A DNA stretch of 64,000 bases from the IMG/VR virus record IMGVR_UViG_3300018080_000138, positions 32,709 to 96,708 of that record. The stretch is one strand, 5' to 3'. A program made the translations under genes and the position numbers. Below, piece by piece: positions 36,961-47,335 of this stretch. Numbering within the stretch: position 1 is the first letter of the stretch; every line of letters begins with the position of its first letter. The notes beneath the pieces were generated by a model, which saw nothing but the letters and a program-made list of their open reading frames with translations, had not been told where the DNA came from and searched no databases. This DNA comes from a virus.

Positions 36961-37913
36961 TGAGAATAGTGTTTATAAATTGTATTAATAGTTTTAAGAA
37001 TGAAGCCAGTTCACATAGGTTTTGGGCTGAAGAATTTTTAAACCAGGCATCAGATATATTATTCTTAACAAAACATAATTGGAATATTAATGAGATAGTA
37101 AATTTTAAACCACAACATATTCATTTTGCAAGTGACGCGTTGCCAAGAAGTGTGTGGATGCCGGTAAATAAAATTAAGAAATTAAGAAATAAATTAAATA
37201 GTGCTAAATTAAACACAGTGATCACTTCATATAGGGGTGGTGTTGGAAAGGAAGGTGAACTACTTGAGGTATTAAATGGTTTAGTGGATAAAGCTTTTGG
37301 TTCAACAGATTTTTACAGTAATCAGGAGTGGTTACCAACGGCGTCAAATCCATTATTTTGGAATGGGGTGAGAAGGGGCGGTTTATGTGGTATCATATAT
37401 ATTGGACATGCTTCAGAGGAGCATATAAAGATAATGCGAAAAAGAGGTATTTATTTTACAAAACATAAGTATTTAAAGGCATTACAAGGGCGGACAAAAT
37501 TAACCGTAGTTGGATCTGGATGGAAACGATTTGGTATAAGGCATGAGATACCAACTAATACGTATGAGCAGAATAGAAATTATTATTTAAACTCGACGAT
37601 CGGATTGAATATAGTTCATGATGATTTACGAAAATATACAAAATACTTTTCTAATAGATTAATTCACATGATGCAAACAGGACTTCCATGTATTACACCA
37701 TACCAACCTAACTTAGAAAAAGTGTTTAAATATGGTGAAGTCATTATGTATAAGAACATTAATGATTTATTATTAAAGGTTATTTATTATTTGGATGAGA
37801 CAAATAGAGATGAGTTACGTAGAATAGCCGCAAAAGGAAAGCATCTTGTATCTACTGTTTGGAATCCGAAAAACTTAGTTAGAAAAATATTAAGTGTTGA
37901 GAGGAAGCAATGA
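36957..37913 (+). CDS. CgeB-like (Glyco_trans_1_2) glycosyltransferase, paralog 1
   Basis: KPQHIHF, VVGSGW, IGLN, YFSNRL..MMQTG, IAAKG. Confidence 0.8.
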   Translation: MMRIVFINCINSFKNEASSHRFWAEEFLNQASDILFLTKHNWNINEIVNFKPQHIHFASDALPRSVWMPVNKIKKLRNKLNSAKLNTVITSYRGGVGKEGELLEVLNGLVDKAFGSTDFYSNQEWLPTASNPLFWNGVRRGGLCGIIYIGHASEEHIKIMRKRGIYFTKHKYLKALQGRTKLTVVGSGWKRFGIRHEIPTNTYEQNRNYYLNSTIGLNIVHDDLRKYTKYFSNRLIHMMQTGLPCITPYQPNLEKVFKYGEVIMYKNINDLLLKVIYYLDETNRDELRRIAAKGKHLVSTVWNPKNLVRKILSVERKQ

Positions 37914-38065
37914 GAAAAATATATAAAGTTTTATTACTACTTAAGTTAGGTTTGTTTATTATGTTATATTATATTATTCATTTTGTATTTAAGTGGTTTA
38001 AAAGATGTTATTATAAAATTTTTACTTTAGTGAGAGGTAGTAATGAAGGTAGTATACATAAATAA
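37910..38065 (+). CDS. 51-aa membrane peptide, below the ORF-track cutoff
   Basis: ATGA overlap with the previous gene; hydrophobic stretch. Confidence 0.4.
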   Translation: MRKIYKVLLLLKLGLFIMLYYIIHFVFKWFKRCYYKIFTLVRGSNEGSIHK

Positions 38066-38969
38066 AGATTTGGTATTAAGTAATAATGTATTTTTAAAGA
38101 AGGAGTTTGTAAGGCAAAGTACAAATTTTAAGCATATAAACACATCTGCATGGTCTCCAAAACGAATAGCAATATTAAAGCCAGATCATATTCATTTTAG
38201 TTCTGCCGCACAACCGGTAGAAAAATGGATTAAGATTGAAAAAATAATGGAGTTGCGGAAGTTGTTACCAGGTTGTGTGATAACTCATTTTTATGCAGAC
38301 GCACTTAAATCATCAGATTACAGAAAGAAACTTATACAGTTAATGGATAAATCTTTTTACAGTTATGATTATCCAGGAGCTGAGTGGATGCCAGTTCCGA
38401 CTGCAATAGATTTTTGGAACAGAGAAAGACAGACAGGAAGGTATGGAATTATTTTTGTTGGGAATGTATATGAGAAACATCTACAGAAGTATAAAATAAA
38501 GTATGATAGACAATTATATTTAAAGGAAGTATTAAGACATCATCGTGTTACTGTGGTTGGTAATAAATGGGATAAATATTATGGGATACCTCAAAAGAAG
38601 AGAACAGTAAACTATGAGCAAACAAGGGATTATTACTTAAACTCAACGGTTGGATTAAATTTAATAGTATCAGGTTTATGGAATCTTTCAAGATGTTGGT
38701 CTGCAAGACTTACACATATGATGTTGGTAGGATTGCCATGCTTTACACCAAGAGTTAAAGGTATTGACTCTGTATTTACTACTGGTGAAGAGGTTATTTT
38801 ATATGATTCGATAGATGATTTGATTATGAAGATGGATTATTTTATGAAGAGGTCAAAATTGTTAGAACATATAGGAATTAAAGGAAGAATAAAAATGATG
38901 TCACTTGCCGATGTAAGGTTGGCTGTGATGAAAATTTTAGATACAAGGAGGGATTATGATAAGAGGTAG
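38043..38969 (+). CDS. CgeB-like glycosyltransferase, paralog 2
   Basis: KPDHIHF, FVGN, VGLN, WSARL. Confidence 0.8.
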   Translation: MKVVYINKDLVLSNNVFLKKEFVRQSTNFKHINTSAWSPKRIAILKPDHIHFSSAAQPVEKWIKIEKIMELRKLLPGCVITHFYADALKSSDYRKKLIQLMDKSFYSYDYPGAEWMPVPTAIDFWNRERQTGRYGIIFVGNVYEKHLQKYKIKYDRQLYLKEVLRHHRVTVVGNKWDKYYGIPQKKRTVNYEQTRDYYLNSTVGLNLIVSGLWNLSRCWSARLTHMMLVGLPCFTPRVKGIDSVFTTGEEVILYDSIDDLIMKMDYFMKRSKLLEHIGIKGRIKMMSLADVRLAVMKILDTRRDYDKR

Positions 38970-41409
38970 TCTTGATGTGACGTTTGACAGTACGAGATGT
39001 TTATTAACTGTAGTGCATAGTGGTAATACATGGGTGTCTGGTGGTAATTTTTTGATACGATCAGTAGATGGTATGGAGTATGGAATAGACGATATTACTA
39101 TAGAATCGTCCACCTTATTGGTAGATACAGATAGTACTTCATTTGATATTTTTATTTATAGTAATGGCAGCAGTTTGCTTGTATCAGTCACAATAGTTGC
39201 TTGTGAAGATGGTACACTTATCATTAAATATAATAAATCAGTTACTGTTATGGATGTTGAGTTACCTTTGACCATTGGTGCGTCAAAGGGGTGGGGGAAT
39301 ATGTTAATAGATCCGAGTAAATATTCAGGTACTGGTGGTATCAGACCACTTAATACTGATGTGAACATTTATGCAAGATTGTACGATAGTAATGAGTTAT
39401 ACTATCGTATGTGGGGAATAATAGATAATACAGTTGGCAATGGATTTGTTGCTATGACAGATAGTGTTGATTTTGACTTCGAGTGCAAGACAATAGATGG
39501 CCGTGTGTATCCTGGAGTAAGGTGGTTGCCAAGTATGGGGTCATTTATAGGTGGAACAATAGTGTATAAATTTGTGGATAAATTGTGTTTTAATACTGCT
39601 GCTAAGATATATGAGAAATTTTTAATAGAGAATAATTTAATAAAAACGTTGGATGAGAAGAAAAAAGAGTATCCGATTCCGCCTTGGGATGCTATTAAAA
39701 AATGCGTAGTATTTACACGTTATATTACTGAAGTTAATAAGGTGGATGGTCAGTGGAAGAGGAGATTTAGATTTACTTTCGATAAAGTTGCTGAGCAAGC
39801 AATTTGGTTTTCTAATCAATTAGGAAGTGGGTATAAAGTGCTTGTTCATATTAGAGAGTGGCATGAAGGTGAACTTGCAGATGGTGGGTCTTGTTATGAC
39901 TTGCGTTATAATGGCCCAAATGAACAAGCAGGTGGTTGGAATGGTTTTATTGATATGGCAAATAGAATTCATGCCTTTGGAGATTATCTTTATTTTTACG
40001 ATTGTTACGATGACGTTGCTATTAATAGTTATATTTATGATACATATCCGGAGATAGTTTTATTGGATGTGCATGGAAGAGAGGTTAGACATTCACATTG
40101 GAAAGGTGGTAATGGTCCGTTTGCAAAGGTTTGTCCAACACAGCGTTTAAATCTTTTAAAAAGAAATATTGAGTTTTTGAAGGATAAAGGTGTTAATATT
40201 AGTACAATTTATATTGATCTTGATGGTGGGAGGCAACTTTTAGAATGTTACTCAGAGTATCATGACCATGGTATTTATGGTGATAGTAAGACAGGAAGTT
40301 TATCAAGGCAAGGTGCACTTGAAGCTTTACAGGATACATATAGGTGGCTTGCATCTAATGGGGTTATTGGGTTTACTGAGCATCCATGTGATTGGATATG
40401 GCCAATTTTAGGTGGATCATTTTTTCATGGACCTTGGACAAAACATCTTGATAATGTAAGGAATGGTAGGTGTATTCCATTCATTCCATTAGTGGCTGGC
40501 AGTGCAATTACAGGTGGTGCATATGTTGATACTTATCATAATATGCCAAAAAATGATGCGTTATTGCAGATTTTATGGGGAGGGTACCCAATAGCCCGTG
40601 AAGCATTGGAGGGTGATGTTAGTTGGTCAAAAATGATTACCGATATCCATAAGAAGGTAGGGTTTAAAACACCAATATCATATTCATCTGATGGACATGG
40701 ACGGTGTACTATGGTGTATAATGATTGTACCGTTTATGTGGATTTTGGTAATGAAAGTTACTCGGTAACGGAGTATGTAGACCCGCCGGAAGACCCGCCG
40801 GAAGACCCGCCGGAAGACCCGCCGGAAGACCCGCCGGAAGACCCGCCGGAAGATGGTATTACAAAGGTGAAAGATATATTTGTTAAATATGATGGAAGTC
40901 TTTGTGGAGTGGCAGTAAAGTTTGAATCTATGTCTTCTGGTTTAAAAGAGATATGGGCAATGGTAAAGAATCATGGAGATATTTATTGGAATACAAAATA
41001 TTACCACCAGGTTGTTGATTCTGAGTTGGAAAGGAATTTTGGATTTAGGTATATTGGTGATACATTTCTTTTGAAATTGAGATTTAAACATGAGGATCAA
41101 ACAAAGACATTTTATTCGGATACAATAGAGGTAAGCAGAGAAAGTGAGTTTGATTTGGAGCTGTACTTTAGGAGAGAAGTACAGAAAACTATACAAGTTT
41201 TTTCAAATAAGGATGTAAGTGGAAAATTACATATAATAAATACTGATGGTATAGTTGTTTATGAGATAGTGGATAATTTAAATGTTGGGTGGAATCCATT
41301 TAGTATAGATAAATTAATAAGTAATGGTACATATTTTTGCGCATTTATTAGAAGTGAAAATAATCAAGTATATTACTTGGGTGCACTTATATTTTCCGGA
41401 AGTAATTGA
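38956..41409 (+). CDS. glycoside hydrolase-like protein (GH101/GH129/DUF5696-type barrel) with a DPPE linker and C-terminal Ig-like domains
   Basis: PNEQAGGWNGF, YIDLD, FTEHPCDW, IPFIPLV; C-terminal LHIINTDG.VV...G....I..L..GTYF. Confidence 0.55.
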   Translation: MIRGSLDVTFDSTRCLLTVVHSGNTWVSGGNFLIRSVDGMEYGIDDITIESSTLLVDTDSTSFDIFIYSNGSSLLVSVTIVACEDGTLIIKYNKSVTVMDVELPLTIGASKGWGNMLIDPSKYSGTGGIRPLNTDVNIYARLYDSNELYYRMWGIIDNTVGNGFVAMTDSVDFDFECKTIDGRVYPGVRWLPSMGSFIGGTIVYKFVDKLCFNTAAKIYEKFLIENNLIKTLDEKKKEYPIPPWDAIKKCVVFTRYITEVNKVDGQWKRRFRFTFDKVAEQAIWFSNQLGSGYKVLVHIREWHEGELADGGSCYDLRYNGPNEQAGGWNGFIDMANRIHAFGDYLYFYDCYDDVAINSYIYDTYPEIVLLDVHGREVRHSHWKGGNGPFAKVCPTQRLNLLKRNIEFLKDKGVNISTIYIDLDGGRQLLECYSEYHDHGIYGDSKTGSLSRQGALEALQDTYRWLASNGVIGFTEHPCDWIWPILGGSFFHGPWTKHLDNVRNGRCIPFIPLVAGSAITGGAYVDTYHNMPKNDALLQILWGGYPIAREALEGDVSWSKMITDIHKKVGFKTPISYSSDGHGRCTMVYNDCTVYVDFGNESYSVTEYVDPPEDPPEDPPEDPPEDPPEDPPEDGITKVKDIFVKYDGSLCGVAVKFESMSSGLKEIWAMVKNHGDIYWNTKYYHQVVDSELERNFGFRYIGDTFLLKLRFKHEDQTKTFYSDTIEVSRESEFDLELYFRREVQKTIQVFSNKDVSGKLHIINTDGIVVYEIVDNLNVGWNPFSIDKLISNGTYFCAFIRSENNQVYYLGALIFSGSN
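40780..40851 (+). repeat. perfect 12-bp tandem repeat GACCCGCCGGAA x6 (DPPE)
   Basis: read directly from the sequence. Confidence 0.95.
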
Positions 41410-41475
41410 TTAAGGTTGACTAAATATATTTTATAGTTGAAGTAAAAGGTATTTAATTTTAATTTAGGAGAATAA

Positions 41476-41958
41476 ATGAGTAGTAATAAAATTAAAATAG
41501 TAATCCCAAAATCTATGACAAAGTCTAATGAAGATGAAGAAAGAGAAGTAGAAGTGGAGAATTATTTATTTGATGTATTAGAAGTATTGGTTGCTAATGG
41601 TTTTAAGGGTGTACTTGGTAGTCAGGAAGGTGGATTACAGGCATTTTTATTGGAGGATGGAAGACTTTTGACAATATTTCCAAAAGGACATACAGAAAGT
41701 AATGATAATGGTGAGGAGGATGATAGTAATGCCTTAAGTGATCCTAATTATAGATGGAAGATGCCACTAAAATTTAATTATGGTGAGAATGTAAGAATTT
41801 TACCATTGAATTGTCCTGGTAGAGTGGTATTTATAATTATTACATCACAGGGAATAAAATATGGTGTTAGATATTTTGATAATTCTGTACCAATGACATT
41901 AGATTTTTTTCCGGATGAGTTGGAACTCACTAAAGTTAGTTATGTGTATAGTAAATGA
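41476..41958 (+). CDS. hypothetical protein with a C-terminal SH3-like domain
   Basis: FNYGENV...GRV...YGVRY...F.PDEL; RBS AGGAG. Confidence 0.55.
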   Translation: MSSNKIKIVIPKSMTKSNEDEEREVEVENYLFDVLEVLVANGFKGVLGSQEGGLQAFLLEDGRLLTIFPKGHTESNDNGEEDDSNALSDPNYRWKMPLKFNYGENVRILPLNCPGRVVFIIITSQGIKYGVRYFDNSVPMTLDFFPDELELTKVSYVYSK

Positions 41959-42875
41959 AATTAGTATTTATTAATCCCATATTGCCAAGAAGTAATGGAA
42001 GATTTTGGAAATTGGCATTTGTTAAACATGTAGATAGTATGTTACATATAAAAAATGAAAATTGGTCAGTAGATAGTATACTTAAGTTTAAGCCAGATCA
42101 TATTCATTTTAACTCAGCGGCTCAACCTGTTGAAAGATGGATACCTGTGAGTAAAATAAATATGATTAGAAGATCACTACCAAATATAGTAATAACAACT
42201 TATTATTGTGATGCATTAAAAAGTATTAGGTATCGGAAATTACTGAATACTATAGTAGATTGTGCATATTGCTCATATGATTTACCTAATTGTACGTGGA
42301 TGCCAGTACCTGCCGATATTAATTTTTGGAAACCTATGTTGGGGCCCGATAAAAAAACTATATTATTAGTATTTTTAGGTAATAATTATACTGACTTGGC
42401 AAATAGTCAAGGAATAGAGTTTACACGGGCAAGAACATTAAAACTTGTTAGTAAGTATTATGATATAAAAATTGTCGGGAGTAAGTGGTCACAATATGGG
42501 TTAAAGTATGACCGCCCAACCAATACGTATGAGCAAGCAAAAAGTTATTATGACAGATCATTTGCAGGCATTAATATTGTTAATAATGGTATAAAGCATC
42601 TGAGTAGGTGCTGGTCAAATAGACTTACCCATATGATGTTAATGGGACTCACTTGTTTTACACCAAATGTTAAGGGTATTAGAAATGTTTTTGGCAGTAA
42701 AGATGATATATTAGTAGTATATGATAATGATAATGATTTAGTAGAAAAGTTACATTTTTATATGTCTGATAAAAAGTTATTGGTAGACATTGGAAGTCGT
42801 GCAAGGAAATTTGCAGTAAAAAATTTTGATATTAATGTTGCAGTTAAAAAAATACTTACAAGGAAAAAGAATTGA
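41955..42875 (+). CDS. CgeB-like glycosyltransferase, paralog 3
   Basis: KPDHIHF, FLGN, WSNRL. Confidence 0.8.
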   Translation: MKLVFINPILPRSNGRFWKLAFVKHVDSMLHIKNENWSVDSILKFKPDHIHFNSAAQPVERWIPVSKINMIRRSLPNIVITTYYCDALKSIRYRKLLNTIVDCAYCSYDLPNCTWMPVPADINFWKPMLGPDKKTILLVFLGNNYTDLANSQGIEFTRARTLKLVSKYYDIKIVGSKWSQYGLKYDRPTNTYEQAKSYYDRSFAGINIVNNGIKHLSRCWSNRLTHMMLMGLTCFTPNVKGIRNVFGSKDDILVVYDNDNDLVEKLHFYMSDKKLLVDIGSRARKFAVKNFDINVAVKKILTRKKN

Positions 42876-43780
42876 TAAGGTTAGTATATGTACATCCAGA
42901 TATTAAGCATGAGTCACATAGATTTTGGTATGTCGCTTTTTCGTCAAATGTAGATCATATTTTATGGATTAAAAATAGTGATTGGACAACAAGAAAGATT
43001 GCACGGTTTAAACCAACGCATATTCATTTTGGTTCAAGAGCATCACCAAGAGAACGATGGATGCCTATAAATAAAATAATAAAATTAAGAAATTTATTAC
43101 CAAAAGTAGTGATCACTTCATATAGGGGTGGTGTTGGTACTGAAGTAGATTATCTTGAACGGTTAAATAAAATAATAGATTGTGCCTTTGGTGCAACCGA
43201 TTCTTATCGAGGACAAAGATGGATGCCGGGCGGATCAAGTTTTAATTTCTGGGCACGACCACGACAGGCTAATCCTAAGCAGCAATTAATTTTTATTGGT
43301 AGGGCATATAAAAATGACAGAGCAGAAAGGGCACACCTTGTCAAAGAAGTACAGAGTAGGTTTCCACTTACTGTGCTTGGTAATAATGCCTGGAAAAATT
43401 ACGGTGTTAAGGTTGCATCATATACAGGAACATTTGAAGAAAATCGTTTGTTTTATTGTACATCACTTATGGGTATAAACTTTGTTAGCAAAAAGTATTT
43501 ACACCTAAGTAAATATTTTTCAAGTAGATTAATTCACATGATGCAAACAGGACTTCCATGTATTACACCATACCAGCCAGGAATGGCACAGGTATTTAGA
43601 GATAAGGAAGATATATTTTATTACAGAAATAAACATGAGTTATTTAGTTTATTACGGTGTTATTTAAATCGTGAAAATAGGAATTTATTAGAAGTAGTAG
43701 GAAAAAGAGGTAAGTTGGTATCAAGAAAATATGATGTAAATAATCTTGTTAAACAAGTATTAAGCATAAGAAGGAGGTAG
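42872..43780 (+). CDS. CgeB-like glycosyltransferase, paralog 4
   Basis: KPTHIHF, FIGR, YFSSRL..MMQTG. Confidence 0.8.
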   Translation: MIRLVYVHPDIKHESHRFWYVAFSSNVDHILWIKNSDWTTRKIARFKPTHIHFGSRASPRERWMPINKIIKLRNLLPKVVITSYRGGVGTEVDYLERLNKIIDCAFGATDSYRGQRWMPGGSSFNFWARPRQANPKQQLIFIGRAYKNDRAERAHLVKEVQSRFPLTVLGNNAWKNYGVKVASYTGTFEENRLFYCTSLMGINFVSKKYLHLSKYFSSRLIHMMQTGLPCITPYQPGMAQVFRDKEDIFYYRNKHELFSLLRCYLNRENRNLLEVVGKRGKLVSRKYDVNNLVKQVLSIRRR

Positions 43781-43781
43781 T

Positions 43782-44018
43782 ATGAGTACAGATAGTTATA
43801 TAAGTAAGTTAGAGGATGAGAAGGTAGAAATGAAACTTAAACTTATTCGTAGTAGAGGACTAAGATGTAGTTCAAAGTGTAGTATATGTAATGGCACAGG
43901 TGGTACTATTATAAATGGTGAGGCCATTGTATGTCCACGGATTAAGTATAAACGTAGTAGGTTTGGTGCATCTCATAAGAATAATTTATTAATGTCTGTT
44001 AGGAGGTTAAAGAGGTGA
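43782..44018 (+). CDS. small zinc-finger protein
   Basis: CSICNGTG...CP. Confidence 0.55.
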   Translation: MSTDSYISKLEDEKVEMKLKLIRSRGLRCSSKCSICNGTGGTIINGEAIVCPRIKYKRSRFGASHKNNLLMSVRRLKR

Positions 44019-44986
44019 GTATAGCAATGATCTGTCCAAATGTTGAAGGTTATTTACATTGGATAAAGAAACCATTTCCTGAACCTCTAAACTCATGGCC
44101 TCAGTGGACACGTATTGTTGATGCATGGGTTGTTTATGGAAGTATTCTTAAGGATGAAGATATTGCTGAGTTGGCATTGTGTGATGATATAGTAATAATT
44201 ATTGCAAATCCAATACGTAGTAAATATATAAAGAAAATTATTCTTGATATAAAAGAGAGGTTGCCAAGGAAAAAAATAGTACTTTTTATTGATGGTCACC
44301 AAGAAACAATGTTTGATAGAATTCGAGCATGGGATTTTTATTGGTGTCTTAATAATGTTGATTTAATAGCCACTAATCGGAAGTATACTACTTACATTCA
44401 ATTGTTAACTAATGTTAAAACATATTGGTTATCATTTCCTGTAGATATTAGTTATTTTGCTGGCTTTAGGACTAATAAGAATGTGGGTACAGTAGCAGTA
44501 TGCGCAGCTTCAGGTGCATTGGAAGCAATTACTATCTTACATAGATTTAATAGTAATCTTAAATTTAAATTAACGGAAAGGGGAGGGTTCTTTACAAGAG
44601 AACAATTAGATTATCTTGGTATGCTTGATTTTGTTGATGTCCAACCAAAGGTAAACCAACAATTATTCTATGAAAGAATTTCTGATTGTGAAGTTGGTGT
44701 TTATTTGGATTATAAAGGACATCTTGGAAGGTTTCAAACAGACTGTGCAGTATTAGGTATACCTTGTATAGGTATGACATGTACAGATAGACAAAAAATG
44801 TTGTTTCCAAGGATAATGGTAGGTAATTATAATGAAATTTATAATGTTATTAGTAGCTATGCTATTTTAGTACATAATAAGAAATTTTATAAGGAAGTTA
44901 CAGATTATGCGAGGAATAAAGTATTAGAGTTTTCTACTGTAAAATCTATTGTGAGATGGAATAAAATGATTGAAATGTTATCATAG
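44015..44986 (+). CDS. GT-B-like glycosyltransferase; paralog of 12737
   Basis: GRFQTDCAVLGIPCIG and other shared blocks. Confidence 0.65.
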   Translation: MSIAMICPNVEGYLHWIKKPFPEPLNSWPQWTRIVDAWVVYGSILKDEDIAELALCDDIVIIIANPIRSKYIKKIILDIKERLPRKKIVLFIDGHQETMFDRIRAWDFYWCLNNVDLIATNRKYTTYIQLLTNVKTYWLSFPVDISYFAGFRTNKNVGTVAVCAASGALEAITILHRFNSNLKFKLTERGGFFTREQLDYLGMLDFVDVQPKVNQQLFYERISDCEVGVYLDYKGHLGRFQTDCAVLGIPCIGMTCTDRQKMLFPRIMVGNYNEIYNVISSYAILVHNKKFYKEVTDYARNKVLEFSTVKSIVRWNKMIEMLS

Positions 44987-44996
44987 GGAAAGATAA

Positions 44997-45191
44997 ATGA
45001 CAGGAATTGAGTATCAATATTTTAAGTTGAAAATAAATAATGCTTTAATAAGTTTGAATAGTGCAATTGGACAGCAACAACATAATCCCGGTGCAAACGT
45101 TGAAGCGTTATTACAAAAAAGTTCGGTAGAATTGTACGATATAGTTGAAGCATTGAAAGTTGAAAGAGAGTTTAGTAGTGGTACTAAGTAG
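44997..45191 (+). CDS. hypothetical protein
   Basis: ORF track. Confidence 0.5.
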   Translation: MTGIEYQYFKLKINNALISLNSAIGQQQHNPGANVEALLQKSSVELYDIVEALKVEREFSSGTK

Positions 45192-45816
45192 TGATTACTA
45201 TGATGAAGATTATTTCACTAAGCAAGGGTGTAAAGGTTGGTATAATAAGCATGCATTTATGTTAGAGCAGTCTTTTCATTTATATTGGGCATGTTTTATC
45301 ATTAATAGTCTTGAGATAGGACAACGTGCGAATGTATTAGATTTAGGATGTGCAAGAGGAAATGTTGTACATTGGTTAAGAGAATATAGTATTAATGGGT
45401 TTGGGGTGGATATTTCACAGTGGTCTATAGGTAATAGACATTGTGAGTATTGTATTAGAAGTGATATAATAAGTATTCCATTTAAAAAGAATACATTTGA
45501 TTTTGTTGTATGTAGAGAAGTAATTGAACATATTGATTGTAAGTTAGTTAATAAGGTGTTTAATGATGTAAGACGGGTACTAAAAAAGAATGGGATTTTT
45601 TTACTATCACCTGCAACCAATAGAGGACGAAAGGAGGATATTAAGCAAAGATCAAATAATGCCGATATATCCCATATTTGCATAAGAACACCTTATCAAT
45701 GGTCATCATTATTGGAGGACAGTGGATTTACTATCCTTTATAAAGAAACATTTAAAATAAACAGCATGAGATTTGTATTGTTTAATAATTGGGATATTAT
45801 AGTATGTAAAAAATAA
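45160..45816 (+). CDS. class I SAM-dependent methyltransferase
   Basis: VLDLGCARG, GVDIS, FDFVVCREVIEH, RVLKKNG. Confidence 0.9.
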   Translation: MKESLVVVLSSDYYDEDYFTKQGCKGWYNKHAFMLEQSFHLYWACFIINSLEIGQRANVLDLGCARGNVVHWLREYSINGFGVDISQWSIGNRHCEYCIRSDIISIPFKKNTFDFVVCREVIEHIDCKLVNKVFNDVRRVLKKNGIFLLSPATNRGRKEDIKQRSNNADISHICIRTPYQWSSLLEDSGFTILYKETFKINSMRFVLFNNWDIIVCKK

Positions 45817-45892
45817 TATTTTTATAAAAATATAAATAAAAAACTAAAAAATAATTATTTTTGCGTATTATAAGTAGATAGGAAAATGCTTT

Positions 45893-47335
45893 ATGAAAGA
45901 TGAAAAGAAAAATATAGTAGATGGTTATATTCTTGGTGATGGTAGTGTTGTATCGTCTAAGGATTTTGTTAAAAAAATAGTATCCGCTAAGAAAGTAACT
46001 AAAAAGGCATTGGTCGATTATTCAGCCGATAAGATAATAGAACCACCTTATAATTTTTCAAATTTGGTAGATTTACTTGATCAGGATACCACTCATGCAC
46101 GGTGTATATATGCAAAGGCAGCAGACTTGGCTGGTAATGGATGGCAGATTGTAAAGGATAAAAATCATAAAAAAACATATAAGCGGGATGCGTTGATCGC
46201 AAAAAATTTTTTTTTAAATTCCAGTGATATGGGTTTTATGGATACGTGTAGAAACACATCTCTTGATTTTTGGATAACTGGAAATGGATATATGGAAATG
46301 AAAAGATCATTAGATGGATATCCTGCAAAGTTATCGCATCTTGATAGTACTGGTATTTATATACGAGAGGATGACCTTGGTTATGCTAAAATTACTGATA
46401 GTGGTGATAATAGGTATTATATGAAGTATGGAAGTATGATAAAACGCGATAAGAATAGGATAGTTGACCGAACATTTATTGATCCTAAAACAGGTGAGAT
46501 AGATGATAAATTAGGAATTCAGAATTCAGCAACTGAGTTAATGCATTTTAAGTTATATCGACCAAAAAGTAAATTTTATGGTATTCCAGATTATATCTCA
46601 GGAATAAGACATTTACTTGGAAACAAGAATGCAAGTAATTATAACTTACAGTTTTTTGAGAATAATGCTGTTCCTCAATATGCTATTTTGGTAATGGGTG
46701 GACGTTTGGATAATGATTTGACCGCATTAATAGAACATTACTTTAAATCTGATATAAAGGGAAATTCTCATAAAACATTAGTTTTATCAGTCCCTTATAA
46801 AGATGTTGAGATAAAGTTTGTACCATTGTCCGTGGAAATGAAAGACCAATCATTTGCTGATTATAAAAAAGATAATAGAAATGATATTTTGGTTGCGCAT
46901 GGTGTTCCACCAATGCGGGTAGGTATTATTGAGACAGCACAGCTTGGTAGTGGTTCTGGAGAGAGTCAGGCAGAGAATTATAAAAGGACAATAATTGAAC
47001 CGAGTCAGGCAGTATTTGAAAATATATTAACAAGATTAATACTTCAGCGGGAATTTGGTATTTTTGGCTGGTTATTTGCCTTTGATGATATAGATTTTAG
47101 GGACAAGGATGCACTTTCAAAAATTGCTGCGGTATACCTTGAGAAAGGTGCCATCACATTAAATGAGGTGAGAACGGAGTATTTAGGAGTTGAACCATAT
47201 AAGAAAGGTGGAGATAAGGCATTTATTATTGCTGGTAATAGGATAGTATATATTGATACTATGGAAGAAGAAGAAGACAGAGAAATTGTTGATATATTAC
47301 GAAGTCATTATGAGGAGACAGTTAAGTTACTATGA
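45893..47335 (+). CDS. portal protein (HK97/PBSX type)
   Basis: IEPPY, TGNGY, FYGIPD, FFENNAVP, AHGVPP, ITLNEVR. Confidence 0.93.
   Translation: MKDEKKNIVDGYILGDGSVVSSKDFVKKIVSAKKVTKKALVDYSADKIIEPPYNFSNLVDLLDQDTTHARCIYAKAADLAGNGWQIVKDKNHKKTYKRDALIAKNFFLNSSDMGFMDTCRNTSLDFWITGNGYMEMKRSLDGYPAKLSHLDSTGIYIREDDLGYAKITDSGDNRYYMKYGSMIKRDKNRIVDRTFIDPKTGEIDDKLGIQNSATELMHFKLYRPKSKFYGIPDYISGIRHLLGNKNASNYNLQFFENNAVPQYAILVMGGRLDNDLTALIEHYFKSDIKGNSHKTLVLSVPYKDVEIKFVPLSVEMKDQSFADYKKDNRNDILVAHGVPPMRVGIIETAQLGSGSGESQAENYKRTIIEPSQAVFENILTRLILQREFGIFGWLFAFDDIDFRDKDALSKIAAVYLEKGAITLNEVRTEYLGVEPYKKGGDKAFIIAGNRIVYIDTMEEEEDREIVDILRSHYEETVKLL

Noticed and set aside
36957-43780. Diversity-generating retroelement behind the repeated GT segments
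   Set aside because: No reverse transcriptase in the window; shared tracts are exact rather than adenine-specific variants
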